Positions 1 to 13,800 of a stretch of 64,000 nucleotides of DNA are shown here, in pieces. The notes under the pieces are model-generated. The model made no database searches and had not been told where the DNA came from. It saw nothing but the letters and a program-made list of their open reading frames with translations. Both the position numbers and the translations under genes were made by a program. This DNA is from Amoebophrya sp. A120. Its lineage: Eukaryota; Protista; Dinoflagellata. The stretch covers positions 1 through 64,000 of the forward strand of contig CAJINV010000016.1 in NCBI GenBank assembly GCA_905178155.1, written 5' to 3'. The first letter of the stretch is position 1. Each line of letters starts with the position of its first letter.

Positions 1-1812
1 TCCTGATCTTTCCTGCTTCGCTTCCCCTTGTATCCGCCCCTGTAGAATCAGGTCTATACCCCTTTTACTTTTCTTCAGTCGTTTAATTATGTTATGTTGT
101 TTTCTTACTCGCTGTTGCTTACTACTGGACTGCCCGTTCCTTTTACCCCCTCTTGCATGCGTCCCTGTAGGCTTAGATCCCTACCCTTTTATCCTGCTTC
201 TTCCCTCTAAGTCTGTTCGCTTTACTTTTGCAACCTTTGTAGCGCTAGTTGCGGATCCCGCGTACTCGCAGGGGCTTTGTTTTTTCCGCCTTGCCAGCGG
301 GTTTGTCCGGGGGGGCGCGACAGTCTTTGGGGATTCTGGCACTTGACGTTCACCAACGAGTTGCCGGCGGGGCGTTGCACAACTTTTCCTACTACACCCC
401 TGCGGTCCGACGACCAACTTCGTGTTGATTTTCCCCGATTCAGATGGGCGCTTTTTTCTGCTGCTGTCTTTCCGGCGAACACCTCTTGGTGCTCGTCAGT
501 CTGCCAGAGCTTGTTTACATGCGCGCGCTATCTGGTGGCGGTGAAAATGTGCCACGAACGCGGTGCTCGCGACCTCATCTATTCGTTCTTTCTCACTCGG
601 GTTCCGCAGTTGATATGAATGACATTTATATGTTTGTCGGAGGCTGGTTCGTTGTCTGCGGAGTTCCATTATGGCGTCAATCTGTAGATAGTTTTGGGTC
701 AGGTCTGCTAATCCTGGCAAGTAGTTTCATTCGGCGCCGGGGCTCTAAACAACTTACCTGTTCCTCAGCGCTATTGCGCTCGCTACAGCTCTGCTTGGAA
801 AAAATATTTTACAGTTTGGCCTCCGCTTGTGGAAGGTCGACGATTCGCGCCTGCTCTGCTCTGCTAGCCGCGCGGTACTCTTCAAGTTCGTGTGGGCTCC
901 TGGTGCTGCGATCACCGTCGGGAGCTAAACAACATGAGAACATAAGGACGTCGGTGCTTGAGAGCTATTTAGTATTCGACTTCTTACTACGTTTTGATCC
1001 TTTTGCATCCCTCACGCACGACCAGGATCTTTGTGTAGTTCGAAGCCCGCCGAAATTTTGCGAGCGGATTTAGCTTTCTCACCCCCTCGAAAAAAGGGGA
1101 GTCTCCTGACCCTTATGGTCGTCCCTGCCGCCGGTGGTAGCGTGCGCGTCGCCACTCTGATCTGATCTGATCTGATCTATGTAGGTTATCTCTCTCTCTC
1201 TCTCTTTTCTAACTCTTGTTCAGACCACACGATAACTGCACGTCGTGGTCTACGAGTTAGTTTTAGATATTTTTGAACAAGGCGGCTGCTACGCATCTTC
1301 ATCTATGGGTGGAGAAGATTATGACTGGCTGCATGATGTTGAAGCTAAGAAGACCGATGGCGCGTGTTTCTTCCTAAAGCACAGCGTCGCTTGATGTCAT
1401 GGATGAAAAACTACATCCCGGAAAGTGAGCAAGTCTCTTCTCCTTCATCTCCCCCGGCTTTGGAGGCTTTACCAAATTTTGCTGTTGTTCCAGGAGGTCG
1501 CGCCAGCTGTTTATGTTTTTTTGGTTACACCCCCGAAGTCTAGCATCAAGCGCGAACGCAACCTCAAGCTGTTTGCGGTACTAGTTCTCTTCTTTGCACG
1601 ACCGAATTCTATCTTGTTCTTACGGAGACCTTTCGCTTGGTTTCGTCCGTCGTTCGTGAAGATGAAAATGCAAATGGCTGCCGGCTAGTGTTGTTTGCGT
1701 CGTTCGTACAAATGCAAGGCTGTTCTTCACTTTCTGGAACGGTGTTATTTCCAGCATGAGCATCGCCTGCAAAAGATAAACATTTACATTTTTGCGGCGC
1801 GTACAGCGCTGA

Positions 1813-4800
1813 ATGACCGGCGCACCAGAAGATGCAATGGAAAAGATGCTGCCTCAACAACCAGCACCGAGGACGTGGTCCGCCGTGCAAGGACTTGGTG
1901 CTAGTACCAAAAAGCCCAAGAAAAATAATAAAAACCCTCTTTCTGCTCACAACAAGGAAGTACTACGTCAGGCCACGACGACACTGCATGCGGATGCCGC
2001 AACCAGCACGGAAACCCTCTCTGAGACCCTGCCCAGCCTCGCGGTGCAGCGCGAGCAGGCGGAGCAGGAGATGCTGCTGGATTTCCCTTTTGATTTACGG
2101 AGAACGCAGTTAATCGCCAGGTTGTTCGAGCTGGTGCAAGACCACGCGGAAGAGAAGTCCACGGTGGTGCAACAAGATGTCGCGCAACTCTTTCTCTGTA
2201 TTCACAGGAAATAATTTCCCCTGCACGTACAAATGCTATTTCCGCATGACAAAACTTGCCTCCAATCTGAGTCAGCATGACAGGAAGTTGGTTCGGCACA
2301 CTCCAAGTGAAAAATAGCGCAACCTGTCATGCATTTTGCACATGTGCCGCAGGAAATTGGTATGGCATACTCTCCGCCGGGATTCTCGAGGCCAACGTGT
2401 ACTTCTACCAGAGTGAAGAGATTGACCAGGGGTGCGTGATCGGCCCCAGTGTCTCCTTACAGGAAGTCGTGCAGCAGTTTATGAAATGTAAAAATGTCTG
2501 GGTCTGGAAGAATGCACGTTTGTCATGCTTGTCTGGCATGACTCGGGAATCTGTGTTGCATAGGCACGAAAAAGCCTTCTTACCTGTCATGCAAAAACGC
2601 AGTTTGCCATGCGGAATACGTAAGACATGGCAGCCAAAAAATTTGTGATGCATAGCTGTGTATTGCAGTACGTCTATCATTCATTTTTAGCATTACAAGT
2701 TTCCAGACCCAGACATTTTTACATTTGATACAGTTGTTGGTACAGCAGAACGAGAGCAGCAGCTTTCAAGGCCTAGAAAATATCCTGTGCAAAAGTATCG
2801 TATTCGTATAAATGCAAGTCTTGCATTACAAATCTTCTTCTTGAGGCAAATCCGCATTACAAATTTTATTTCTCATGCTGAGGAAATTTGTGATGCATTT
2901 ATACGAGTACGATACTTTTGCAATTCATAGAAAATGGTGGTGGTGAGCAAAATGACCCCCTAGATCACGATCCTTTCGTGTTAGACGACCGCTTATGTAT
3001 CACCCAGGAGCTCTTCGAGTCCTTACTGCAAGAGATGACAAACCTCGAGCTGGCACAATGCGTCGACGCGGTACTGGATCACGCATTGCAAATGGAGACC
3101 AGTTGGGGGATCAGCTGTCCGATCCACAACAGCGGTCATCTTCCAGGTGGTCAACACGGGACCACGACGAGTTCATCGCTGAAGCTAAAAGGTGCAAACG
3201 GGATCGCCCTCTATGAAAACGACCTTTTCCTGGCGGACTCGATGTCGCATGCCATATTTCGCATCAGAAACTGGAGCGGAAATAATAATGGGGGAGCGAG
3301 TTCTTTGGGAAATAACCTGACGAATCGAAATAGCAGTACTGCTGGAGTGACCGGGTTGGCGGGAGGAGGTGGTGTTGGGAACAACAATCTTCCTGGTATT
3401 CTTGCACTTGCTGAATCCACCATCAATGCGGTCCTCATCACGTTGAGAGTTCTTGTTGTAGTCAGAGTCTCTGTACGAGAACGAGTACGACCTGCTGCGC
3501 TTAAAAATCTACTGGTGATGTTGTAGACTGTTGACTACGTCGTACTGCCGCGTTACTTGTTCGTCAAACATAGTTCTTTACTTCATCGATGATCTTTCAG
3601 TAGAAAAATCTCGCCGCTTATGTTTTCCTATTATCCTATCTAAATCAGGCCCCACGTCCTACCAGTTGCACCAGCACGACCACTATCAAGTGTAAAAGTG
3701 TCTGGGTCTGGAAACTTGTAATGCTGGGCGGCGTATCATGAGGAGGCTACAAGTGCTGGCTCAGCATGACAAGTTTCTGAGCTTCTTGGTGTTGCCTATT
3801 CTGCATGACAAACTGCGTTTCTGCATGACAGAAAAATGGGGGTCTTGGGTAATGTGCATGACAAATTTAAGAGTCATGTGAGACAAGCATGACAAACTTG
3901 CATTCTTCCAGACCCAGACATTTTTACAGTTGATAACCACCGGTCGGGCTCTACCACGACCAGCGGGGGCAGCAGCGCGACCGGCAGCATTGTGTATATG
4001 AAATGCAAAAGCATCGTACTAGTAGAAATCGCATGACAAATTCTCTCAGCATGAAAAATGGAATCTGTAATGTGGATTTAGGTAAAGAAGGAAATTTGTA
4101 ATGCATGACAGCGATTACTACGAGTGCGATACTTTTGCACAGCATTGTGTACAACCCGCACCAGCAATACAGCCCGACGAGCGGGGGCGGGGGCGGTTCT
4201 TTCGGCGGGGGCAACAGCACGTCGAACGCGGCGGCCAATAGTTCGTCGTCACCTTCTCGAGGAGGCGGACATCACCAGCAGCACCCTTTTGCCCACCAGA
4301 ATTCTACTACTTCCTCATCCGCAAGCCAGAACCTCGAGCTTTTCGCGGGTAAACTGAAAAACCCGGGTTTCCGGGACGGCCCGAGAGCCCTGGCCCAGTT
4401 CAACGGCCCCTCTGGGCTGTGCATCTGCCGCAGAACCGAGCAGCTTTACGTCGCGGACACGAGGAACGACAGCATCCGCGCGATCGATTTGATCTCCGGC
4501 CTGGTGCAAACCTTGACGGTGCAGTCGGTGGATTTTATTGGCTTGTCCAACCCAGTGGACATTTGCATAGTGTACGGTGACTTCGACTACGAAGACAATG
4601 AGTCCTCCGACAACAACAGTTCTGGAGATGAGGAAAATAACCGGCTGAATGGAAACAACTCCGATGGTGGCAACATACGAGAAGGTACAACCGCTCCCCC
4701 TACTGCTACCGCTCATTTGTCATGCAAAATCCCAATATATGCAGTCGCTCTCGCTGCCTCATAGTCATATCACTACAGTTTGCGTAACAAATTCCGGAAC

Positions 4801-7800
4801 AAGCCGAAACAGTACTACACTGGGCGCACCAAATTTGTCATGCGTAGGCTTTACGCGTGCTGGTGTTTGTATTCGTATTGCTGTACATGCTAAAAAAATG
4901 ATGGGGAGGCGGGGAAGTCCGAGTTGTGCATCTTCATACAAGAATTCTGACGACGAGAACGATAACGCGAACAAACCGAGGCTGGAGCAGATCCAGGAGG
5001 AGGACTCCGCCGAAGTGGAACTGGAAGACGCGTCCGAGCAATTCGCGAACGCTGGGGGGGCTGGCGGGTTATCCGGGTCGATTATGGAAGCGGCTAGCAG
5101 CAGGCGGAGAATGATGTCGGACTTGTACAACATATCAAATGCAAATATGTCTGGATCTGGAAAGGAGGAACTTGTAATGCGTGTCATGCATACCAATACC
5201 TGGAAAATCTGTGTTGCATGAGCAGCAAATGGGCTCCTGCTTCCCTTGTCATGCAAAAACGCAGTTTGTAATGCGTGTTAGGCATTAGTGGCGCTTGCTT
5301 CGGAAGCTTGTCATGCTTCGCTGCCATTGAAAGCGTTGCAATCATGCGCAACTCAGCATGACAGGGTTCCAGACCCAGACATATTTACATTTCGTACAAC
5401 AGGCGGCGGTCCGCGAGGTTCAGCTTAGCGGATGAGTACGGCATTACGCCTATCGTATTTAAAAACGTTCCCAACCCATAGGATAGTCGTAATGCAAATC
5501 TGCATGCTGGAAATGTTTCTCATGCGGAGCCCCATGCGAAGCATTCTCTAGCCACGTTTTGGAATTTGTCATGCTCCAATCAGCATGATATACTAAATCT
5601 GTAATGCTGCTGAGCTAGCTCAAACAGCACGACACTACGACTCCAAATTTGTCATGCGAAACAGCCAAAGCTTGTGGATTTGTCTAGCCGATTCCCCATC
5701 TTGACCATGGGGTGGGGACGTTTTTACGTAGGATAACGCCGAGTGGGAAGTCGTCTGTCCGGACGAGCCGGAGGACCTCCCGGGCGTACACCTCTTATCC
5801 TGTGCAAAAGTATCGTATTCGTAGTAATCCCATTCATGCATTACAAATTTCTTTCTCAAGTTAAATCCGCATTACAAATTTCCTTTCTCATGCTGAGGAA
5901 ATTTGTATTGCAATTCATACTTACTAGTACGATACTTCTCCACAGGATACCTCTGATTCGATGACAACGACGAGAAGAACGTCTCTCAATCTATTAGACC
6001 ACACGAGCGGGAACGTGATCGACAGTCTGCGAGAGTTGTCCGGGGTTATCAAGTGTAAATAGTGTCTGGGTCTGGAAGAGTGCATGTTTGTCATGCTTGT
6101 CTGCCATGACTCTCAAATCTGTCACGCACGTTACCCAAGAGCGCCATTTTTCTGTGATGTAGAAACGCAGTTTGTCATGCAGAATAGGCAACACATAGAA
6201 GAAGCTCAGAAACTTGTCATGCTGAGCGAGCACTTGTGGCCTCCTCACGATACGCCACCCAGCAGCACAAGTTTCCAGACCCAGACGCATTTGCATTTGA
6301 TAGGAGTGGCGAATTCCCAATTCGACAAGCTGCCCGTATGGGATTCTCAATTGTTACATTCTCAACTGTTACAGGAATTTGTCATGCAAAAGCACCATCA
6401 TCATCCTCACGATCAAGCTACTCCGCATGACAAATTTGGCAAGGCCTAAAGCGCGCCTAAATCTGTGCGGAATTCGTAATGCTACAGGTGCAACCTTCCC
6501 CCTTGTACTTTTCCAATTCTTGCATCACAAGTTCATGTAACAGTTCTTGAGAATGTAACAGTTGAGAACGCCATAGCCCGACCTGGCGATTGCTTGCGAC
6601 CACTCGGTTTTTGTGATTAAACGGTCTGGCACTTTGGAAATGTCCTTCGTCGCGGGGAACATTTTATCCAGGAGAAAACACCCATCCCCCCATCCATTGG
6701 TTGCATGACAAACAAAGGAGCTTATTCATGTTTTGCATGACAAATTGGATGGGGATGGGTGTTTTTTTCTGGATGCGTTTCCGAATACGGCTACAAGGAC
6801 GCGGCGAAGGGTTCGGACGCGCGGTTTAGCCAGATCCGGGGAATTTGCTCGATTCGGAATTCTATCAACTGCAACCTTATCGTACTAGTTAATGAATTGC
6901 AATACTTACAAAGTGACTCCGCATTAAGGATATCCGATATTCAAGTTTGTAGTTTGGATTTACCTTAGCAGCGTAGAGTTGAGTTGTAGTGCATAAGTGG
7001 AACTACTACGAGTACGACTACGTCGGTACTTTTGCATTGGATAAGTTCCGTCTTCGTCGCTGACCATTGGAACAACGCGGTCCGGTGTATCTATCCAGTG
7101 AAAATATGTCTGGGTCTGGAAACTTGTGATGCTGGCTTGGGAATGGTGGACACACTGCAATACGCAGCCAAACATGACAAATTCTTAAGCTGCTATGTGT
7201 TCTTGCGAGGTCTGCATGTGCAGGGCAAACTGCGGCTGCGAGTTCTGCATGGCAGACTGGGGTTTTGCACGGGAGGCAAGAGACTCTCATCCTGCTCATG
7301 CATCACAGAGGTAGGAGTCATGAGAGACAAGCATGACAAACTTCTACTCTTCCAGACCCAGCAGATCGATATTTGCAATGCATAGCATCAATTTGAAAAC
7401 CACGGGGGTCGACACGGTCATGGACTTTGAGCCAAACGGGCCGCTTATCTTGAGTAAAAATGTCCTCATACCAGAGTTGTCATGCAAATGCGCAATGAGA
7501 GCAACATTTGTAATGCGCGTCTCCATGAAAGGCACTTCCACTCGTGTTTTGGACTTTGTAATGCTGTAGGCAGGATGGGAGGCTGGATTTCTCATCCGGC
7601 TTCCCTTGCTAACCAGCACTACACTGCAGATGGAAGCTTTTCATGCGCAGCGCCCAAAACTTGGAGATTTGTGTTGCTGATTTACCAACTTGACTATGGG
7701 GTGGGGACGTTTTTACACAGAATACCGCTGAAACTGACAGCCTCCGACTCTGGGTATTTGTACGTTCTGGACTCCGACACAATTCACATGTGCAACATTT

Positions 7801-10800
7801 TGAAAATCTGTTCGGTGCAGCGGGAAAATCTGAGCACGTCCGGAGTTATCCACAGTAAATTTCCCGTACACGTGCAAATGCGGTCTCTGCATGGCAAGAC
7901 TTGGCTTCGATCCTAGTTTAATAGCATGACAAGTTTCACACTCCAAATTGGGGAAATTTGTGATGCATCTTGTACATGTACGGGAATGGGAAATTTGTAT
8001 TGCATAGGAGTGAATGGAAGCTCACTGGGCACCTTGTCGTTCCAGAACTTGCAGAAGCAAACGCTTTCTGGCATCGGAAATCATGCTGCTGGTGCAAGCA
8101 ATACAAGAAGCAGCATCGGTGGAGCTGCCGGTGGTCCTGTGCCGCCGACAACTGGAGCTGTATCTACTGCATCGCCCGCCGTCGGTGGTGGTGTGAGCAA
8201 GGGCACTTTGCTGGGGGGAAAGAGTCCCATTCTCTCCGCTAGGAAGCTTTCCTTCACACCGAACCTGAACACGAAGACCGAGAATAACGAGAACACCTCC
8301 TCCGCCAGCAGCTCTAGCGGCGGTGCAGAGACGACCAGTGCTGACAGCAACCAACTTAACGTCAACAGGAACCAACCCCGGTCCGGGTCCTTCTTAGACG
8401 CGAATTGGCGCACTGTATGATGATTTGCAAATATGTCTGGGTCTGGAAGATCCTAAACTTGTGATGCTGTCTCTGGATTCTAAACAAAATTGTGTAGCAT
8501 GACCAGCAAGATGAGGGCTCCAGTTTGATGTCCTACGCGGAGAGGGCATTTCTCATGCGGTAGAGGCATCGCATAGCCGTCTGAAAATCTGTGATGCTAG
8601 GACATGCATCACAGACATCATGGGTCATGCAAAATGTGCATGTTGACAAACCTGGCAATCTTCCAGACACAGACATATTTGTAGTTGACACACTGCCACG
8701 GATCACAAGAGTTTTCAGGATATGCTGTGCCAAAGTATCGTACTCGTAGTAATCGCAGTCATGCATTACAAATTTTTTTGTCAATGTAACTCCGCATTAC
8801 AAATTTCATTTCTCATGCTGAGGGAATTTGTCATGCATTTATACGAGTACGATACTTTTGCAATTCATACAGGAAGAACGGAAACGAAAGCTGTCCGCGG
8901 CTGCAGTGGAGTTCAATTTTGCCGCGGCGGCCGCGGGCACCATGGTAGCAGGTGGTGGACGAGGAGTTCCTCTTGGTGCGTCAACTTCTTCTACGGGAAA
9001 AATATATGCTGGTACTTCGACTTCCTTTCCCACCCCATGCACAGTGCCCAAAGTCGTCGTATCGGTACTACCCGCAGGATCAGCAGCTGCATCTACTTTC
9101 CATGCCGGAGCGACCGGCGCAGGAGCAGGTTCACAAACTGCGCCCCACGGCGCAGCTGTGGTTGGTTTCTCACTGGACGACGATGATGACGATGATGAAG
9201 AAGACAGCGAGACGGAAAACGATTCGCGTTCGGAATCCGCGGTAAGCTCCAGAACATCCAAGACAACCTCCACTACAAACAAGAACAACCAAGGAATAAA
9301 TGGTAATGGAAATGAAAGCTCGACGTCCACCTCCAAGGTCGTCGTGGATACCGATACCAAGAACAATCCACCGAATGGAGCGGTCGTTTCGATTGTGCAA
9401 GTGCAGGTGCCCGGGTCACCGGTGAAAAGCAAGAGTCATTTATCGGCGTCGGCGGAAGTAGGCTCAGCTGGCTCATCTAGTACGGGCAAAAGCGCCAGCT
9501 GCAATGGTCCTCTACTACAGGACGTCGCAGGAGATCAGCATAGTCCTCGCGATGCATCTTCATCAAAGACTGTTCAAAATAACCTGAACCTCCTTCAACC
9601 TGTCAACTCCTCCGCGTCCAATGCCTCCAGTTCCCGCCGTGGCAGTTTTTCCGATCCTTCGATTCTCAACGCCCCGAACCTCCCCGGTTTCAACCCAAAC
9701 AACTTGACCAATATGAACTGCAAAAGTATCGTACTCGTATAAATGCATTACAAATCTTCTCAGCATGAGAAATAAAATTTGCAATGCGGATTTGACTTAG
9801 CGAAAAGATTTGTAATGCTTGATTGGAATACGAGTACGATACTTTTGCACAGGATAACCAACCACGGGGACCAAAACGCGAATTTGCTCATGATGCCAAA
9901 TCATCAAATGTAAAAATGTCTGGGTCTGGAAGAATGCAACTTGTAATGCGTATTTCAGAACACAGAAAAGTCTCTCATGCATACGTAGCAAAAGCTGCCC
10001 ACTTTCTGTCAGCAAAGTAGGGGACTTGTCATGCGGATTCGGCATTGCGGAAGCTTCTCGAAACCTGTGATGCTAGAGCTTCCATGCCAGACCTTCTGTG
10101 TCATGCAAAAACAGCATGACTCTTCCAGACCCAGACATTTTTACATTTGATACAAATTCGAACAACAGCTCACAACTTTTGGGCGGCGCAAATACCGCCG
10201 GAACGACTTTGCTAAACAACTCAGCGGCGAATTCCAACATCACAAAACGCGGGTCGTCCGCCCCCGTGGTTCCAGTTGCGTTGCGATCACTCGTCCCCGG
10301 CGCCAGTCTCCATCTATGACAGTGCACAACTCGTCCCCCTCCCCCTCATTTGTCATGCAAAATACCCAATCCGCCCTTTGCCTCTTGGCACTGTTTGCAT
10401 GACAAGTTCTGGTAGCCCAAATAGCACTACAATTTGTCATGCAAAAATCGGCACTCTTGCTGATGCTTGTATTGCTGTTCATGCTATACAAATGAGGGGG
10501 AGGGGGAGTTGTGCGCTGTCATAACATCCTGCTTTGTTGCAAATGTCCACGGCCCGAGAACCGGTCAAGGAGGGCTGTATGCATTGCAAAACCAAAAGTA
10601 TCGTACTCGTATAAATGCACTACAAATTTTCTCAGCATGAGAAATAGAATTTGTAATGCAGGTTTATCCTAAGAAAAGGACTTGTAATGCATGACTGCAA
10701 TTACTACGAGTACGATACTTTTGCACAGGATAGGCTTTTCCGGATCGCAATTCCGTGTCTCCGTTGCGTCTTCGGTTTCCGACGGGGACAACGAGGGCGA

Positions 10801-13800
10801 TTCCGTCGCGTACACAAAATCGATCCAGTCGGGCAACTATCCTGTGCAAAACTATCGTATTCGTATTGCAGTCATGCGTTACAGATCTTCTTCTTAAGGT
10901 AAATCCGGGCATTACAAATTTTATTTCTCATCATGCTGAGGAAATTTGTAATGCATTTATACGAGAAGTGCGATATTACTTTTGCAGTTCATAGCAACCA
11001 CGGAAAGCGGAAAATTGTGGGTGGTACTGGGAATAGAGCCTGGCAAAAAGTCCCGTTCGGGCTGTCAGAGGTGTTGAACCCAGATGCGGCTGGGAACGCG
11101 GGGGGTGGACGTGGCGGGTTGGTATCGCAAGGAAAAATCCCCCCTCCCCTTATTGAAGAGGTAGGCTGTCCTCGAAAATTTGTGTTGCTGATTTGAGGTC
11201 ACAAATCACGTTTGTGCTGCAAGAAGACAAGGGCAGCAGCTTCCGTCCCATTATGGAGCCGGTTTGTCATGCTGTTGCGCCAACATTGCGGAAGCTTTTC
11301 ATGCTAAGCGCCTAAGTCAAAGCCTCTCTACTCCGGCTTGATATGGGTCTGCAGTCCTCTCCAGCAAGACAAACGCGATTTGTGTACTCAAATACTGCAT
11401 CACAGATTTCGTTTTCGATATTTATGGGGAGGGGGGATTTTTCCTCTCAATAGTTGGACTCCCGCAGCTTGAGTTCCACGTCCGGCCCTTCTCCCCATCC
11501 GAGTATTTCGGTGCAGCACAGCCGGTCCAGGAATTTCATCTTCACCGGCGGGCCGATTTTGGGTTCCTCTTTCGGCATTTTAGGTGGCAGTGTCGTTGGT
11601 GGTGGTACAGCTGCCCACGCGCAGAGCATCAATCCGCAAGCCGCTTGGGGCCCGAACTCCATGCCGCTGTGTCTGGCGCTGCACGATCTCGCGAGCGAAG
11701 CCGCCCGGATCGACGACCGGAACCCTCGGTTCTGTGCGCAGCCGTTGGTCATGAAAAGAAGTTCGACAGATATTTTGTGCGGCGGTGCTGGTGGTGGTGG
11801 AGGTGGTGGAAGTGGGTACTATGCTGACCACCAACAGGATCCTTTTCTCCACTACCGGAGGAGCTCGAACAAAGACAAAGCGAGTTCGTCTCGTCGCGGC
11901 AGCAGCAGCGCCCGACATTCGATCAACGCCATGGGAGGTGGGGCAGGACCAGGTCAAAACGCGACCTTTGCCGGCGCGGGCGGAAGTGGTGGCGGTGGCA
12001 CCTCCTCATCCAGGGGTGGAGGCACAAGAACTTCTGATGTTGAGCATGGAAATAAAGCCGCGGCAGCGGGGCCGCCACATCAAGATGAAGACTCTGTGAT
12101 TCACAGAGGCCTAGAAGAAGATTTGCAAGCGTTTTTCCCGGGTATAAAGCTCTTCAAGGACAAAGAAAATTATCCTGAGGAAGACGACTTCGACTCACCA
12201 TCCACCGCAGGCCATCTTCATCTCAATGATCTTGATGTTGACAAAAGCAAAAATGCAAGACCTACTCGTACTCCGCAATATGATGGTGATACCAGCAACG
12301 ACGTAAGAACCGCGGGTTTAGCAACGTCCTCTCAGCACCAGCCGAATCAAAAAACAAGACACCCGCTCTCTCGCCAGCAATCCGGGCTGCAGGTGCACAC
12401 GGCCAACTCGAGCCGGAAACCCAGCGTGACGCTCCAGCAGGGCTTGGGATTCCTGTTGCCACAGCGACGCCCGAGCAACGCGTGGCTTTTGAACAAAGCA
12501 ATGATGATGGGAACAATGCATAATGAGGGTCTGCTCGTCGTACAACCTGGTGGTGGATTAGGTCAGCAACCAGGCAGCTCCTCCTTTCTCAGCCTCGGAA
12601 ATTATTATAGCAGTGGCGCCAACGGCAACGCGGCGATGTCCTCTGTCTACAAAGACCTCCCACGCAGCACCTACGGGCCGACGACGAGGCAAGGGCGGAG
12701 CAATGTCTTCAGCGGTTTTGGTCCTTTCAACTCAAGCTGCATGGTATGCATTGCAAAAGTATCGTACTACGCATATATTGCATCACAAATTTTTTCAAGA
12801 GAAAAAATGCAACTTGTAATGCTATTTCACCTAAAAATTGGGATATTTGTCATGCACGATAGCAATTACAACGAGCGCGATACAACTTTTGCAGTGGATA
12901 CATGGCAAGCTCCACCGTCCACCCGTATGCCGCCAGTGGGATCGTGTGTGGACTGAACGTATCCTGTGCAAAAGTATCGCACTCGTAGTAAATAATTGCG
13001 TTTTTGCATTACAAATTTCTTTCTCAAGGCAAATCAGCATTTACAAATTCCATTTGTAATGCTGAGGAATTTTGATGTAATGCGATTTCTACTAGTACGA
13101 TCAACATGCTTTTGCATTTCATAGAACGGCTACGGCTCGGGTAGCTGCACGACAAATTTGCTGTCCGCCTGTAACGGAACAACGTACTATCCACCCGCGG
13201 GCCACTGTCCGGGCGGGGGTGGTCTGTTTGGAGGAAAGAGCAGCAACGGAATGATGAACGACTTCTACACGCTATTGTGAGGAAAAATCCCCCCTCCCCA
13301 TACCAAAAAAGGGCACTACTGAAAATTTGTGATGCTGATTTGTGACCACAAGTCGTCCATGTATTGCAAGAGGGCAAAGACAGAGAATCAGCCGCGTTTG
13401 GCAGGCTCTTTGTAATGCTGTAGTATCGCCTACAGAGGATATGCCTGCCTTGCTAGGCGCCTACAGAAAAACGCCCCTGCTCAGGCCCTGCATCTGCCTG
13501 CAGTCCTCTACTGCTAGACAGATTGGATTTGTGTACACAAATCCCGCATCACAGATTACCGTTTTGATATGTGGAGGGGAAATTTTTCACTTTGATACAC
13601 GCTCCTCAACCTCCCGCGCCTGTCCCTGTTCGTCGGCTTGAGTTACGAAACAAAAAAACTGCGCCAGTGGACTTAGGTTTCTTCGGGTGACAGCATGACA
13701 AATTTGTTCTGCATGACACAGAAGTCCTGTCATGCAGAATTAGTATGGGATGGAAAACACCTGTACAATAGGAGTTCATGGCTGGCTGGCATGACAAGTG

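Noticed and set aside
1-1200. Retroelement fragment with a possible primer-binding site (tggcgacg, minus strand near 1150)
   Set aside because: No LTR pair, reverse transcriptase or gag motif visible; the window edge truncates it.
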